Positions 1 to 9,588 of a stretch of 37,745 nucleotides of DNA are shown in pieces (positions within the stretch are counted from its first letter, which is position 1; every line of letters begins with the position of its first letter). A program made the position numbers and the translations under genes. Under the pieces are notes generated by a model. That model had not been told where the DNA came from and did no database searches. It saw only the letters and a program-made list of their open reading frames with translations. Where the stretch lies: positions 1 through 37,745 of the forward strand of contig CAYHAR010000005.1 in NCBI GenBank assembly GCA_964354595.1, in the 5' to 3' direction. The DNA is from an uncultured Anaerolineae bacterium (GTDB lineage Bacteria; Chloroflexota; Anaerolineae; Fen-1058).

Positions 1-49
1 TTTTCGTGTCCTTCACTGCGGCGAAGCCTCAAACTAGCACCATTCGTTA

Positions 50-556
50 CTATTGACCTTCTGGAACGTCTATCTGTCCCAGGTCCACTGTTTGACCATC
101 AGTAGCATCAAATACGACATCTTTTCCAGTAGAATAGCGCGCCAGATAGGTATCAAATGCGTTCCGATAAATCAGTGCGTACCGACCTGGTGGCACATTC
201 TCGAAAATAAAAATACCAGACTGTTCGGTGGTAGTGAATTGAGCAGTTGCAGGATTTAGTGAAGCGACGGAGAATCCCCTCGTGCTATCAACCTGTTCCA
301 CTGCACCAAGATAGACTGTGGTCCCTGCAACAGGTTCTCCTTTCATTTGCTGAACAAACTTGCCTGTCACTACGGCCAACCCTGGCCTAGGTCTAGGAAT
401 CTGAAGCTTGCCCTCGCTGGCCACCGGCAACCGCAAGGGAGACACAGCCTGCATCGGCATCAAGGGGGATACGGTCGGTGTTGGTTTAGGAGGCCCACTT
501 TTGCACCCTACAAGTAGTAAAAGCAGCACTGCTACCAACCATAATCGTTTTTTCAT
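50..556 (-). CDS. Lipoprotein with carboxypeptidase-regulatory-like / prealbumin-like beta-sandwich domain
   Basis: Start revised to ATG 556 (AGGAG RBS upstream). MKKR, then a hydrophobic stretch and lipobox LVGC, a Pro-rich linker, and 'TTTEQSGIFIFENVPPGRY' typical of this fold. Confidence 0.75.
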   Translation of the reverse strand: MKKRLWLVAVLLLLLVGCKSGPPKPTPTVSPLMPMQAVSPLRLPVASEGKLQIPRPRPGLAVVTGKFVQQMKGEPVAGTTVYLGAVEQVDSTRGFSVASLNPATAQFTTTEQSGIFIFENVPPGRYALIYRNAFDTYLARYSTGKDVVFDATDGQTVDLGQIDVPEGQ

Positions 557-579
557 GCACACTCCTGTCAATGCATAGA

Positions 580-619
580 ATCAACAACAACCAGGGCCGC
601 CAAATCTTGGCGACCCTGG
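580..619 (-). terminator. Intrinsic terminator after the S-layer-like gene
   Basis: 13-bp stem 591-603/607-619; its one mismatch is a G-U pair on the minus strand. Followed on the minus strand by TTGTTGTTGAT. Confidence 0.7.
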
Positions 620-662
620 CATAGTGACCTGCAGGTACGCAGTGAAAGGCTAGGACAAACGA

Positions 663-2063
663 CTACCGGTTTGTGCCAGTATAGGTCAACAGCGAGTCTG
701 CCGTAGAGCCACCTTGGAGCTGGTTGACCACTGCCACGCACGGCTTGGTGCAAACCACGATAGCAGAACCCACCCACCGCTGGCTGTTATTCTTGGCGGG
801 ATCGATCCACTGCCCAGCATACTGTCGGAAGTTGTAACCCGCACCATCAGCGATGCCAGTAGCGGTCTCTACCTCGGGGGTCGTATACGCACCCGCAGAG
901 GTGGCATACGTGACGGTAAAGTCAGCTGCAGAGCCATCTCCAGCGACGTTCTGTACCAGGAAACCAGTTATGAACCCGCCATTGTAGGCCATCAGTGTTG
1001 GAACGACAATTTCGGTCGTGGCAGCAGCAGGGTCAAAGCCTGAATAGGCAGAGCCTTGACCAGGAGCAGCTCCCTTGAGCTGGTTTACGTTGACGACAAG
1101 AGACTGATTTTGGCTATTGGTAACAGTTGCGCTCCCAACGTAACGATTGGTTCCCCATTGGCCGCCCCACTGGTTAAAGTTCACCGAAGACTTGGCAGCG
1201 ATATTGACACTCGTCTCTGCTACAGGGTTAAACGTACCAACGGTGTTAGGGCCAAACGAGATGGTGATAGTAGTGGGAATTGTACCTACATTCTGCACTG
1301 CAACACCAGTGTTATAGCCGCCGTTGTTGGCCTGAATGGTCGGCAGGCTCACCTTAGGAGAACCACCCGCAGTGAATCCCCGATAGCTCAAAATGACCTT
1401 CGCTGTTGGGTTAACTTGGTTGACAGCCGCCACGACAGGTTGGTCACTCACGACGACTGCTGAACCAACAAACCGGGTTCCAAGTGCCGAATGGCCACTG
1501 TCCGATTGATCGAACGTCTTGGCATAGCCGGGCTTGATGGTGAAGGGGCCCTCACTCCAATTACTGCCGGCTACCCCGGCGGTATATGTAACGGTTACAC
1601 TCGCGTCCACACTCCCGGCATTCTGGACAGTAAAGGCTGTATTGTATCCACCATTGTTGCGCATAATGATGGGCAGTTGGACACTAGTGGCCCCGGCCGA
1701 CACACCCTCATAGCTGCCACCGCCAGAATTGCTGCCACCCATGGTGGTTAGTTGGTTCACTGTTGCTGCCACAGGTTGGTCAGAAGCAATGACGGCAGAA
1801 CCACTGAACGAGGTCCCCGCCATAGTCAACGGGAAGAGCTTGACCGAGCCATTCACAGGAATTTTTGTCGTGGGAGCATAATTAATAACACTCGACCCGT
1901 TTATGGGGTAGAATGCTATGCTATAAGTAGCTTCACCTGTCTTGCTCATGTTGGCAATGGTAATGCCGTCGTCCCAGACAAGGCCAAACCCCTGCCCCAC
2001 AGCGACACCAGAGAGCAGCAGTGATACTGCCACAACCAAGCTGATTAAACCAAACTTTTTCAT
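663..2063 (-). CDS. Secreted surface protein with four ~100-aa beta-rich repeats (S-layer-like)
   Basis: Strong AGGAGG RBS and Sec signal peptide. Repeats end AVIASDQPVAATVNQ / AVVVSDQPVVAAVNQ / ATVTNSQNQSLVVNVNQ / AIVVCTKPCVAVVNQ; 'LP.I...NGGY(N)T...VQN.G' recurs; S/T/G/N-rich. Confidence 0.75.
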   Translation of the reverse strand: MKKFGLISLVVAVSLLLSGVAVGQGFGLVWDDGITIANMSKTGEATYSIAFYPINGSSVINYAPTTKIPVNGSVKLFPLTMAGTSFSGSAVIASDQPVAATVNQLTTMGGSNSGGGSYEGVSAGATSVQLPIIMRNNGGYNTAFTVQNAGSVDASVTVTYTAGVAGSNWSEGPFTIKPGYAKTFDQSDSGHSALGTRFVGSAVVVSDQPVVAAVNQVNPTAKVILSYRGFTAGGSPKVSLPTIQANNGGYNTGVAVQNVGTIPTTITISFGPNTVGTFNPVAETSVNIAAKSSVNFNQWGGQWGTNRYVGSATVTNSQNQSLVVNVNQLKGAAPGQGSAYSGFDPAAATTEIVVPTLMAYNGGFITGFLVQNVAGDGSAADFTVTYATSAGAYTTPEVETATGIADGAGYNFRQYAGQWIDPAKNNSQRWVGSAIVVCTKPCVAVVNQLQGGSTADSLLTYTGTNR

Positions 2064-2285
2064 CGAGAATCCTCCTTACATAATATGATTTGAGAGCTCT
2101 TTGAGTCTTGCCGAGAACACTTGACCTTTAGTTTATATCGTCGTTGCCATCCCTCCTCTGGGTCGGCCTTGGCTATGATTTTTCATCACCCCCCGGCCCC
2201 CATCGGGGCTACATAACGTTCAAAAAGCAACTTGGCAAAGACACAATCAGCGATGCCAGTATGCCAATCTCAATTTACAGAACTC

Positions 2286-2314
2286 ATTTTAGCTGCTAAT
2301 TCGGAACATGGCAA
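2286..2314 (-). promoter_or_regulatory. Sigma70-type promoter for the S-layer-like gene
   Basis: TTGCCA (2314-2309), 17-nt spacer, TAAAAT (2291-2286); implies a ~215-nt leader. Confidence 0.55.
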
Positions 2315-2365
2315 TAATACCTTCGGATTATTGAATCGCCGGCCCCGAGTGTATTGTACTTGTGT

Positions 2366-3319
2366 TCAGGAAAGGAAAAAACTGAACGCGAACCACAATA
2401 ATTGGTTTATTACAACCCAGACCCTGGACAAGGCCGAAACCGCAATAGAAATGGGAAGTGGAACCAGAAATTGCAACAAATACGCCATTGTGACTTCACG
2501 AGTACCGAATCCAGCCGGAACAAACAAGGTCACAATGGTGGAGACTAGGCCGCTAAGTGACCAAATAGCCACAATCTTGGGCCAGGCAGTTAGTGGCACT
2601 GGGTAAAACGTTTGGACAAGAAAAAATAGGCATGTGCCGCCTAATACCCAATTAACACTATAGATTGCTATCCAACGCGCAAGATCCCGACGTTTCATCA
2701 CAGGTAGGGGAGTCTTGAGGAAACGACTGCTGAGCTTGTTCAGTGAGCGTACCAACAGATCATGCCTAATAAATATGATAGCTAACAAAACCACACCTAT
2801 TCCTAAAATGACTAGCGTAGGTAACGGCAACGATTGGCTGCCCATAAATGGCCAAAACAAAAAGGTGACAACTAGCCCGGACCCGGCAACCATCACTAGT
2901 TCTAAAAAGATGGCTGTGGACACTAAAAGAGCACTTGTGTTTTCCTGTTGGTATACATAAGTTCGCCCTGCGGCATAAAACAGGATAGTTGGCAGCCGAC
3001 GGGCCAAATTAGTAGAACAGTAAAGCTTGACATTTTTCCAGTAGGAAATACGTCCACCCAGATCAACCAAAATTGTGTGCCATCCCCACACTGTTGTCAG
3101 AATCGTCGGCCCATAGGCTAGAAACGAAACTAGCAGTGCGAGCCAGTCCATACGAAATGACGAACCCGCGAGTTCGTCCCAGCCCTGGTATCCACTGTAG
3201 AGCAACAGTACAATAGCAACGCCCATCAACAGGCGAAATGTCCATCTGGCGAGCGGACTCGTTGACCAAGCAGACGCTGCAACTGACACAGGAGATTCGG
3301 AACCGCCATTCTTTGTCAT
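2366..3319 (-). CDS. Flippase-like / lysylphosphatidylglycerol synthase TM-domain (YbhN-type) membrane protein
   Basis: About 8 TM helices, with 'W..IL..LG', 'NLARRLP', 'PAGFGTRE' and 'SRVW' motifs. Start revised to ATG 3319, just after the upstream stop. Confidence 0.8.
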   Translation of the reverse strand: MTKNGGSESPVSVAASAWSTSPLARWTFRLLMGVAIVLLLYSGYQGWDELAGSSFRMDWLALLVSFLAYGPTILTTVWGWHTILVDLGGRISYWKNVKLYCSTNLARRLPTILFYAAGRTYVYQQENTSALLVSTAIFLELVMVAGSGLVVTFLFWPFMGSQSLPLPTLVILGIGVVLLAIIFIRHDLLVRSLNKLSSRFLKTPLPVMKRRDLARWIAIYSVNWVLGGTCLFFLVQTFYPVPLTAWPKIVAIWSLSGLVSTIVTLFVPAGFGTREVTMAYLLQFLVPLPISIAVSALSRVWVVINQLLWFAFSFFLS

Positions 3320-3323
3320 AAGT

Positions 3324-4469
3324 CTACTTTGAGCCGAGCAATTGGGAATCTGCGACAAGGAAACGCGAAATCGCCCGAGATGCAATCATGTGTCCTTTTG
3401 TATTCCAATGGATGTCATTCTTAAAATAGGCGCTGTCCACATTCACAAAATCTGGCATCAAGTCAAACACTGGTAGACCAACCTCCTGCCCAAACTGCAC
3501 GAACAATTTACCCGGCTGCGCGCGGTCATAATTTGCAGCAGACAAACGATACACAGAAATTGTCTCATTCCACAACGTGTCGTCAACTTGAACGGCGGAG
3601 GGCACGACTACAATCATCAAGTGCGCCCCATGCTGAGATGCTTGGTCGGTCATCTGTTTCAGTATTGATTCAGTCAATACCAGGCCATCCCGAAACTCTT
3701 GTGAGAGAGGAATTTGTATCGCCTCGAGATGTTCCTGCGGTACTGGAAGGCGTGTTCCGCGCGACCATTGGATCACATCCAATGGTGTGCGCATAAAGAC
3801 ATACAGACGGCTGTAAACAGCCAACCAACTGGTCAATGGTCCAACGATCCGATACTTGGATGCTTTTTGGCGCGCCTGATACTCATCATAAAGGAATCCA
3901 TTGCGGACCGAACGGCGTTCCTTCCCGCCGATCAAGTTGTCATTCACATCATTGCCAGCAAACATGTTGACAATGACCAAGTCGGGCGAGTATGACCATC
4001 CCAGTTCCTGGAGCAGCGCAAATTCTTGGTCAGTGCCATAACCGGGCACGCCTGCATTAATCACCTGAGTCTTGATATCGGGCCGGTACTTGGCGAGTTC
4101 GCTCTCCAACAAACGTGGGAAGGCAAGCTCTGCATCAACACCTTGACCAAACACAAATGAATCGCCCAACACCAAAACCCGAAATGTTCCAGGCGCCTTG
4201 GGGCCTAATTCTCGCTCACGCAACCCTTGGCTGTTCGTAGAGATACTGGTTTGGAATTCAGGGCTTTTGAGCGAGGCGTGAAAATCGGGGGCGAGTGCAT
4301 AACCGCGCACCTGATCTGAGATGTACATACCTTGGGGGTGCGGGCTGGTCAGATATTCCGGCACAAGCAATCGTACCCCCATCTCACCCATGATCAAGGT
4401 CACACAGATGCTCAGACCCGATAGTAAGAGATTTTGAAGCAATCCTCTTAGCATCTGCGGCTTCATCAA
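3324..4469 (-). CDS. Membrane-anchored SGNH/GDSL hydrolase-family protein (acyltransferase/esterase)
   Basis: N-terminal TM, 'NSQGLR', block I VLGDSF, block II GVPGYG, block III GND, block V DIHWN. Confidence 0.85.
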   Translation of the reverse strand: MMKPQMLRGLLQNLLLSGLSICVTLIMGEMGVRLLVPEYLTSPHPQGMYISDQVRGYALAPDFHASLKSPEFQTSISTNSQGLRERELGPKAPGTFRVLVLGDSFVFGQGVDAELAFPRLLESELAKYRPDIKTQVINAGVPGYGTDQEFALLQELGWSYSPDLVIVNMFAGNDVNDNLIGGKERRSVRNGFLYDEYQARQKASKYRIVGPLTSWLAVYSRLYVFMRTPLDVIQWSRGTRLPVPQEHLEAIQIPLSQEFRDGLVLTESILKQMTDQASQHGAHLMIVVVPSAVQVDDTLWNETISVYRLSAANYDRAQPGKLFVQFGQEVGLPVFDLMPDFVNVDSAYFKNDIHWNTKGHMIASRAISRFLVADSQLLGSK

Positions 4470-5386
4470 ATTGCCCGTGCGACAATGGTGATAGATGTCC
4501 CTCTGCCTAACCTATCAATTGCCCAGAATAATGGCAAGGTCGCTGCTCGAAGAACAAGCGAGTGCTCGATCCGCTTATCCAATCGCTTGCCACGCGCCCG
4601 CAGCCAAAAGTCCATGCTATAGACAAATCCAAAATATCCCCCCCAGCATTTCTGCTGAATGATCTCGAATCCGGCCAGGTTAAGCATCCGAGTCATGACG
4701 GGACGAGGAAAAATATACAGATGGCGAGGAGCATCAAGCCCAATCCAATAGTTTCCGAATAGCCATCCATCCAGGCTTTCTAATTGTGGAGTCCGTATGA
4801 TGACTATTCCACCGGGTTTCAGAATCCGTCGTATTTCTTGGAGGGCTGCTCGGGGGTCGTGTAAGTGTTCCAGTACATCCCACAACGTGACGACGTCAAA
4901 GTGTGCGTCTGGAAAAGCTGCCTCGGCCAATTGCCCTGCAAACACATCCAAGTTGAACTGCTGGCGTGCTTGTTGGGCCACGGCTTCATTAAGCTCCACA
5001 CCGGTCAACTCCCAATCGCCATAATGACGCATGCGGTTCAAGACCAGCCCAGACGAGCACCCTACATCCAGCAGCCGCCCAGCAGGTATCCAATGTCTGA
5101 TCAAGCGGCACCTGCGATCCATGCCAAAGTCAAGCGCCCGCTTCTGAATAATCGAGGCAGCATCGTTGGCTGCTACATAAGGCTCGTATTCGGACGGATA
5201 GAAACGGGCGATTTCAGCCACGTCGGGCCGGGGGTTTTGATACACTAGACCACAATTGGCACAGCGGACCAGGTAGAATTCACCCTCTATGCCACACAAC
5301 CAGTCTTGGAGCTTGGCAAAAGGTTCTGTACTATCCATGCCACAGTGATTACACGAAACCTGTTCGAATGCCATAATGACCATCAC
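4466..5386 (-). CDS. Class I SAM-dependent methyltransferase with N-terminal Cys4 motif
   Basis: CNHC...CANC; LLDVGCSSG; FDVVTLWDVLEHL; LKPGG; PRHL. Confidence 0.9.
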   Translation of the reverse strand: MMVIMAFEQVSCNHCGMDSTEPFAKLQDWLCGIEGEFYLVRCANCGLVYQNPRPDVAEIARFYPSEYEPYVAANDAASIIQKRALDFGMDRRCRLIRHWIPAGRLLDVGCSSGLVLNRMRHYGDWELTGVELNEAVAQQARQQFNLDVFAGQLAEAAFPDAHFDVVTLWDVLEHLHDPRAALQEIRRILKPGGIVIIRTPQLESLDGWLFGNYWIGLDAPRHLYIFPRPVMTRMLNLAGFEIIQQKCWGGYFGFVYSMDFWLRARGKRLDKRIEHSLVLRAATLPLFWAIDRLGRGTSITIVARAI

Positions 5387-5400
5387 CCAGTGAACTCGAC

Positions 5401-7137
5401 TCAGTCGAGATAACCCAGGTCCCGCAGGTGCCCCAGAATAATTTCTTGCTCTTCTGGATCAAGTCCGCTCTCATCTCTTGGTGGAGTAGATGGAGCTGGC
5501 GCTAAAGCATCTTGTTGGCGAGGCTTATTATCGCTTTGATAAGCATCGGTAAATCCATCCAACAGTACATGACCCTCCATGTCGCCGGGGATGGCTTCGT
5601 CCATGAGATAGAGCAAGGTGGGTGCCAAGTCACGCAGGTGCGCTGTTGAAATGTGGCAATGCGCGATGCTGCCCACCGGACTCCACATGAGCAATATGCC
5701 TAGTGCACGATGAGCTGCATTTGCATTCTTGACTGGCTCCACGAGGCTGGTGCTCCAGAAAATTGACCCATGTTTGCTATCGAACTTGCCGTCACGGTAG
5801 GTAACTATGATGTCAGGGGCCTCCGGCATATACGACCCTGAATACAGTTCCTCGCCAAAGTAAACCTGATCCACCATCAAATCACCCGTGATCGGGTTCT
5901 TCATCTGGGACAGCCGTCGCCGAATAGCGTTGCGTATCTGTTTGTATTCTTCGCCAGGTGTGATAATCCCTTGAGGCTCGCGTCCCTTCAAGTTAATGTA
6001 GATAAAACCAGTTTGCGTAGGGCCAGTGGCATAGGCGATCGTTCTACTCCAGTCAACATCCGCGAAACTCAACAAAGGCAGACGCAGCAAGCGATTGGCA
6101 AACAACCGCAAGCGGGACTGCTTCCGACCCACGTGCTCGGTTGATATCCCAGCGAGCCCAGCGCGCAAGTCTCCCAACGTAAAGCGGCGGAGCAATGACG
6201 AGGGCATCAAGCGATAAAGAGCCGCGGGATTCAGTCCGATGGCGTATCCCCACCGCCGGAGCGTGGTCGCAACACTTGACCTCCACTTGATGAATCCTTC
6301 TTGCAATAGCCAATTGTTCAAGTACACATGTCCAGAGGTTGGCCCCATACCATGATCCGACAAGATCACCAAGTCAGTGTCAATGCCGCACATCTCTACC
6401 AAGTCGGCAATGCCACGATCAACCTGCTGAAAAATTTGCAGCATGGCGTGGCTCAAAGGATGTGGCGCACCATCAGCCGTCTTGTCGCCCAAGAACCGCC
6501 AGTACGTATGCTGGACTTGGTCTGTTTCCAAGAAGTGGATAAAGAAAGCATCCCACTCTTTGGCGGCAAGCAGGTATTTAGTTGCCTCGAGCCGTGTTGC
6601 TACCAACTCGCTCAGATATTCCAGGTATCTTTTGTAAGAACTTTCGACGACGGCCGCGTTCCGCGTCAAATCCCACCCGTGCGCTTGTAGCTCGGCCAGG
6701 ATCTCTGTCGGATAAGCTATATCAGGTTGAGCCAGCGCGGGCACCCCGCTAATCAAGAATCCGTTGACTGGCTCAGCCGGATAAGTCATCGGCATGTTGA
6801 TCACTCCCACGCGGTACCCGCGTTGGCTGAGAATGCCCCATAGGGTAGGATTGCGCCTCGGTGGGGAGACGACGGGCACAAGATCAGTGTATTGACTTCG
6901 CAGAGGACGGAAAAAGTCGAAAATGCCTGTATGGCCCGAGTTTTTGCTGGTCATGAACGTGGACCAGGCCACTGGGGTAATCGGGGGAATGGTACTTTGA
7001 AGAGCCGCCGTAGCTCCTTCGTCGCAGAGTCGCTTCAGGCAAGGTAGCTTGCCAACCTCCATCCATGGGGTCAGCAAATCCCACGTAGCACCGTCGAGGG
7101 CAATGACAAGAATTTTGCGTCGAGTTGCCATAGCCAT
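5401..7137 (-). CDS. Alkaline phosphatase superfamily, type I phosphodiesterase/nucleotide pyrophosphatase-like
   Basis: IALDGATWD, STIPPITPVAW, DQVQH, SDHGMG, C-terminal LRDLGYLD. Confidence 0.85.
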   Translation of the reverse strand: MAMATRRKILVIALDGATWDLLTPWMEVGKLPCLKRLCDEGATAALQSTIPPITPVAWSTFMTSKNSGHTGIFDFFRPLRSQYTDLVPVVSPPRRNPTLWGILSQRGYRVGVINMPMTYPAEPVNGFLISGVPALAQPDIAYPTEILAELQAHGWDLTRNAAVVESSYKRYLEYLSELVATRLEATKYLLAAKEWDAFFIHFLETDQVQHTYWRFLGDKTADGAPHPLSHAMLQIFQQVDRGIADLVEMCGIDTDLVILSDHGMGPTSGHVYLNNWLLQEGFIKWRSSVATTLRRWGYAIGLNPAALYRLMPSSLLRRFTLGDLRAGLAGISTEHVGRKQSRLRLFANRLLRLPLLSFADVDWSRTIAYATGPTQTGFIYINLKGREPQGIITPGEEYKQIRNAIRRRLSQMKNPITGDLMVDQVYFGEELYSGSYMPEAPDIIVTYRDGKFDSKHGSIFWSTSLVEPVKNANAAHRALGILLMWSPVGSIAHCHISTAHLRDLAPTLLYLMDEAIPGDMEGHVLLDGFTDAYQSDNKPRQQDALAPAPSTPPRDESGLDPEEQEIILGHLRDLGYLD

Positions 7138-7140
7138 ACA

Positions 7141-7443
7141 TCAGGCGTGCCGGGGATTTTCTGCTGTGGCTCTACGCTCAAAAGCCGCATGGATCAGCAG
7201 CGAAATCGCACACACAGCCAGGCAACCCAGGCCAAAAAGAACGCCCACCACCCAATAACCACTCAGCAACCCGCTGAGCACGGCGACGGGAGCGCCTGTC
7301 ATCGATGCCGAGGCAAGGTAGTGAAACACTCGCCCCCCCAACCCTGACCGCAGGGGGGAGCGGCGTGCCGATGCGCTCGCCACAAACCCTCCACCCGCTA
7401 GTCCAATAATGAGCGTGAGCGTAAATACAATGTATATTGTCAT
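7141..7443 (-). CDS. Small membrane protein (100 aa, ~3 TM)
   Basis: ATG 7443 overlaps the upstream TAA (TAATG coupling); hydrophobic segments. The longer 7560 start would overlap the DUF5989 gene. Confidence 0.65.
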   Translation of the reverse strand: MTIYIVFTLTLIIGLAGGGFVASASARRSPLRSGLGGRVFHYLASASMTGAPVAVLSGLLSGYWVVGVLFGLGCLAVCAISLLIHAAFERRATAENPRHA

Positions 7444-7628
7444 TAGAACAGCGAATAGATGAATGGTGCAACGCCCGCTATCTGAGAAAAGACCAGTAAC
7501 GTGCCCAAAACCAATAACAACAGAATCATGGGGATCATCCACCACAACTTTCGTGTCCACATAAAGTGCAGCAATTCTCCCGCAATATCCAGGCGATTGA
7601 TCAGATCATTTAGCAATCTGCTCGCCAT
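7443..7628 (-). CDS. DUF5989 / SxtK-like small membrane protein
   Basis: 'ELLHFMWTRKLWWMIPMI...VAPFIYSLF' signature; directly after the carbamoyltransferase. Confidence 0.85.
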   Translation of the reverse strand: MASRLLNDLINRLDIAGELLHFMWTRKLWWMIPMILLLLVLGTLLVFSQIAGVAPFIYSLF

Positions 7629-9588
7629 CTAATTCGCCTCCTTTCGTACCACAAAGCGGTCCATCACCAGTACGTCAATGCCGCTGTTGTGAAACGTGTT
7701 CCAGGCGTTGGCAGGCGTGTTGACAATCGGCTCACCGCGCACGTTATATGATGTGTTCATCAACACTGGCACTCCCGTCGCCTGACCGAATCTTTCCACC
7801 AGATCATAGTATAGCGGGTTCCACTCTCGCCTCACGGTCTGAATACGCGAGGTACCGCCTTCATGTGTTGTAGCCGGAAAAGCTTGACACTTTTCGTGGA
7901 CGTTATAAACCGAAAGCATATAACGTGCAGGGTACTGACTGGCCACATCTTCGGCGTCTTCATAGAATTCGGCCGTGCGCTCTTCTAGCACCACTGGCGC
8001 GAACGGACGGAACGGCTCGCGGAACTTGATCTTGGCATTCACAATATCTTTCATCTCCGCGCGCCTTGGGTCTGCGAGGATGCTGCGGTTGCCCAGTGCG
8101 CGAGGCCCCCACTCAAACCGACCTTGATACAAGCCAATGACTTTGCCCCGGATGATATCGTCGGTGATAGTATCCACCAACCGGTTCAAGTCATCGTGAT
8201 ATTCGAATGCAATATTGTTCTCGTGCAGGAATGTACGGATTTGGTCATGGCTATATTCAGCGCCCCAATAGCTATGTTCTTCAAAAGTTTCCCGATTGTT
8301 GTCCAGGAGTGTCAAGTTTGGAACGCATGTGCAAAAACAGCTGGCTAGCTGAACATAATTCGACGAAAACTTGCCTGGTTCTGGCCGGTTTCGCCAGTCA
8401 GGACCGCCAAGCCAGGCCCCAAAGCACGAATCGGGAAACTTTTGGTTCTTGTACAAAGTTGCGTGGGCGCTGAAGCAAGACATGATAAACCCACAACGCT
8501 GCTCCCAGCGCCCCCCCCGAATCGCCGGCTGCGGGTTGGATGAAAACATTTTTAAACGGCGACTCACGCATCACGCGCCCATTCGCTACACTGTTGAGCG
8601 TCACCCCTCCTGCCATGCACAAGTTGCGCGAGCCAGTTTGCTGATATGCATAGTGAGCTATCTTGAGAACAATATCTTCGGTGACTTTTTGTATACTGGC
8701 GGCGACATCCGCGTAATACTGATTGCGTCGAGCGCTCTCCGGGTCCTGACGAGCCAAATCCTGTTTAATCTTGCCCGTGAAGAATAAGGATTCAGGAACA
8801 CGAGGTTCGCCAAAGAGATCGATAAATGCGTCACTAAAGGTTTGCGTAGGGGAATGTTGGAAAGTGAAGTAACGCATGTTCAGCGTTAAGGCGCCATCAC
8901 CTCCTACGTGGACCGTCTCATAGACTTTGTCCACGTATCGCGGCTCGCCATAGGGAGCCATGCCCATCACCTTGTATTCACCTTCGTTAACCTCAAAACC
9001 GAGAAAAGCAGTAAAGGCCGAATAAAGCAGTCCTAGCAAATGTGGAAAACGTGCCTCGTACATCATCTCGATTGAGTTTCGACCTTGACTGTCCCATGTG
9101 GCCGCACCTTTGCCAACGGTCGCGGTGGTCCACTCACCTACACCATCTATGGTCACGATTGCAGCTTCTTTGTACGGCGAGACCAAAAAAGAACTGGCAG
9201 CATGTGCCATATGATGATCAGCAAACAGCAGCCGCCCGGGCGGAATTTCCAGTTCTCTCAAAATGAGGCTCTTGACCCACAACTTGTCGTTCATCCAGGC
9301 TGTCATTGCCTGGTGGAAGAGCGATATCGAACGCGGAAACGTCGCCAGAGTGCTTAACAGGATGCGCTCAAACTTGACCAAGGGTTTTTCGTAAAAGACC
9401 ACATAATCCAGATCGCCAGCCTGGATACCACCTTGTTTCAGACAAAACTTGACCGTATGAACAGGAAAGCCATCATCGTGCTTTTTGCGTGAAAACCGCT
9501 CCTCTTCAGCGGCGGCCATGATCGCTCCATCTTTAATCAGAGCGGCAGCCGAATCGTGATAAAAACAAGAGATGCCAAGAATGAACAT
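7629..9588 (-). pseudogene. NodU/CmcH-family O-carbamoyltransferase (SxtI-like), interrupted by a MITE
   Basis: N-half has GISCFYHDSAAA, EEERFSR, HHMAHAAS, DGVGE, GEYKVMG, PAAGDSG. C-half has GRFEWGPRALGNRSIL, KFREPFRPFAP, NTSYNVRGEP. Removing 169 bp (MITE plus one TSD) gives RPRNFVQEHSYWG and a 596-aa ORF. Confidence 0.92.
8282..8444. mobile_element. Non-autonomous miniature inverted-repeat transposable element (163 bp)
   Basis: Perfect 16-bp TIRs CAAAAGTTTCCCGATT (8282-8297) and AATCGGGAAACTTTTG (8429-8444), flanked by direct repeat GTTCTT (8276-8281, 8445-8450); no transposase. Confidence 0.93.

Noticed and set aside
8310-8315. Outward-facing TTGACA in the MITE as a hybrid promoter
   Set aside because: No -10-like hexamer at 16-18 nt spacing.
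8511-8518. G8 tract as a phase-variation or rescue site
   Set aside because: It encodes the conserved SGGA motif. Slippage would scramble the following conserved helix, and a single 8-mer is weak evidence.
7629-8567. Independent 312-aa ORF, or programmed frameshift joining the carbamoyltransferase halves
   Set aside because: Its N-terminus is off-frame sequence plus MITE; the TIRs and TSD fully explain the frame change.
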